From Utricularia gibba (Eukaryota > Plantae > Magnoliophyta): a stretch of 64,000 bases of DNA. The stretch lies in assembly GCA_002189035.1 (NCBI GenBank), contig NEEC01000010.1:1364001-1428000 (forward strand), given 5' to 3'. Below are positions 62,682-64,000 of the stretch, piece after piece. The notes beneath the pieces are model-generated. The model had not been told where the DNA came from. It saw only the letters and a program-made list of their open reading frames with translations, and made no database searches. The first letter of the stretch is position 1, and each line of letters begins with the position of its first letter. Both the position numbers and the translations under genes were made by a program.

Positions 62682-63089
62682 CTAACCACCAAGTGGAGAT
62701 GGCTTAGCAGCAGGCCTAACGAAGTGGCAAAGAGTAGGAGAAACAAACAAAAAAGAAAAGCATATTAGCCTTGGGATAATTTGATTCACGCACAAGACCC
62801 TTGATCTTTTCTGATATATTTTATCATATTTTCCATTCAACAAAGGGAGAGGGGCACATTTGATGAGGTTTTGAAAGACGGAAGCTTCCTCGAATTCCTT
62901 GTCTTCCGGTTTCTCTATGTACACTGTTTCATTTTCAATCCGAGGATTCGGAGATTCTCTGTAGAAGTCTGTGTTCTCGCGTACAGCATCTTCTGTTGCT
63001 GTTTCATCGCGGAATTTGACTGCGATTTTGTGGTGGTTGTGAGAACATTCGTCCCACGTGCCGGGCGGCGGTCCTCCTCCGTGCGCCAT
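62682..63089 (-). CDS. Hypothetical protein (orphan ORF, 135 aa) with an upstream TATA box
   Basis: ATG ORF with protein-like composition in the first ~105 aa; CCTATAAAT around 63215-63223, about 125 nt upstream. No family recognised; the 3' end may be spliced. Confidence 0.35.
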   Translation of the reverse strand: MAHGGGPPPGTWDECSHNHHKIAVKFRDETATEDAVRENTDFYRESPNPRIENETVYIEKPEDKEFEEASVFQNLIKCAPLPLLNGKYDKIYQKRSRVLCVNQIIPRLICFSFLFVSPTLCHFVRPAAKPSPLGG

Positions 63090-63333
63090 TAAGGATATGA
63101 ACGCCCTTCTCCACTCTGATTAAAAATACCAGGCAGAGACATCTCGGAAACACAACGATGGCGGCTGCTAGAACATTCCGTCCGGTACGTCTATAGAATT
63201 CCCTCAACTGTATCATTTATAGGGGAACAGTAGGAGTTAGATATGAAATGCTTCATGAAAGTAGGAAGTATGCAGTGTATAGAGTCTATGCTAAGAAAAG
63301 AACTCTTCACTTACGAGTGGGTTTTCTCAATTC

Positions 63334-63853
63334 TCATGATGTCTTCTTCACACGGTCATTTTTTCCCTGCCTTTGGTCTCCAACCATAGACTCAAAGACA
63401 CCCAGCAGCCCATCAAGGCCACCGTGGATGTCACAACCGAGCGCCTTCATTGCGTAAACAACGCTCTCGATAGTCGACAAGTAGCCTGGCTGCGGTTGAT
63501 GACGCACCTCACGGTATAAGCTCCCTTCCTGCACATCCAACTTTACATGGGGCACGAGCCTCAACCATGGGTTCTCATTGTACATTCTTCTAGCTTTTGC
63601 CCATGTTCCATCAAGCACGATCAAGTTGTTCACCTGTATTCATCATAATACATACAGCAAACAGGGGAGATGCCTTAGCGTTAACTAAACCTAAATGTAG
63701 AGTCTGCTGGTATTCTGATATGTGAGTCTGTTTTCGTTTCTTGCCGCACCTGGAAATCAATTTCCTCCAGACCAACAGATGATTCCGATGGAAACAAGAG
63801 CACTGAGCCACAAGGAACTCGGATGTCGAACTCTTCAACTTCTTCAGCACCAT
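63334..63853 (-). CDS. DTW domain-containing protein (tRNA-uridine aminocarboxypropyltransferase-like), 3' part only
   Basis: Exons ~63853-63750 (..GSVLLFPSE..) and 63633-63334 (NNLIVLDGTWAKARRMYNENPWL..LSTIESVVYAM). DTW signature DGTW. The 5' part lies upstream, largely beyond the window end. Confidence 0.85.
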
Positions 63854-64000
63854 CTAAACCGACAAAAGGGATATAATGTGAGCACATGATATTCAAGGTG
63901 AGTAGCACTGAATTTGAATTGAAATCATATCCAAAAGTTTTCGGGTTTGCTTTGAGATATCTCCACATACATGTGGAAGTGAATCATGGTGCGAAATGGC

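Noticed and set aside
1-64000. CRISPR arrays, rRNA, snRNA, telomerase RNA, organellar insertions
   Set aside because: No repeat-spacer arrays, no USE+TATA snRNA promoter, no template-bearing RNA and no plastid or mitochondrial gene sequence recognised.

Overview
Gene-dense eudicot (plant) nuclear DNA, not prokaryotic; no CRISPR array or rRNA. Left to right: CHLH (Mg-chelatase H, +), an unexplained ~1.4-kb segment, a clade-II glutamate receptor-like gene (+), DREB2F-like AP2/ERF (+), EGF-domain exostosin/GT47 (-), gar2-related gene (-), tRNA-Val(AAC) (-), a 5'-truncated TORTIFOLIA1/SPIRAL2-like pseudogene split by a ~2.95-kb decayed hAT transposon, LARP6a-like (-), a 34-exon MSH5 (-), two tandem GT61 glycosyltransferases (-), a GDSL esterase/lipase (-), a hAT-type MITE, a class-B (PlsC-like) LPAAT (+), an AT-hook-family gene with a degenerate hook (+), an orphan ORF (-) and the 3' end of a DTW-domain gene (-). 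All exon structures were traced by hand; family assignments come from remembered consensus sequences, not from a search. Main observations: (1) two U12-type (minor spliceosome) introns in MSH5; (2) four GC-AG introns, two of them among the four CHLH introns, and CHLH intron 1 ends in AG|GTAAGT inside a near-perfect direct repeat; (3) a hAT insertion whose removal restores the TOR1 C-terminus in frame; (4) four conserved genes each miss exactly one base in a short homopolymer, which most likely reflects assembly error rather than biology; (5) a speculative GT61-GT61-GDSL-LPAAT neighbourhood. I found no firm evidence of a wholly new biological system; these are the best leads.
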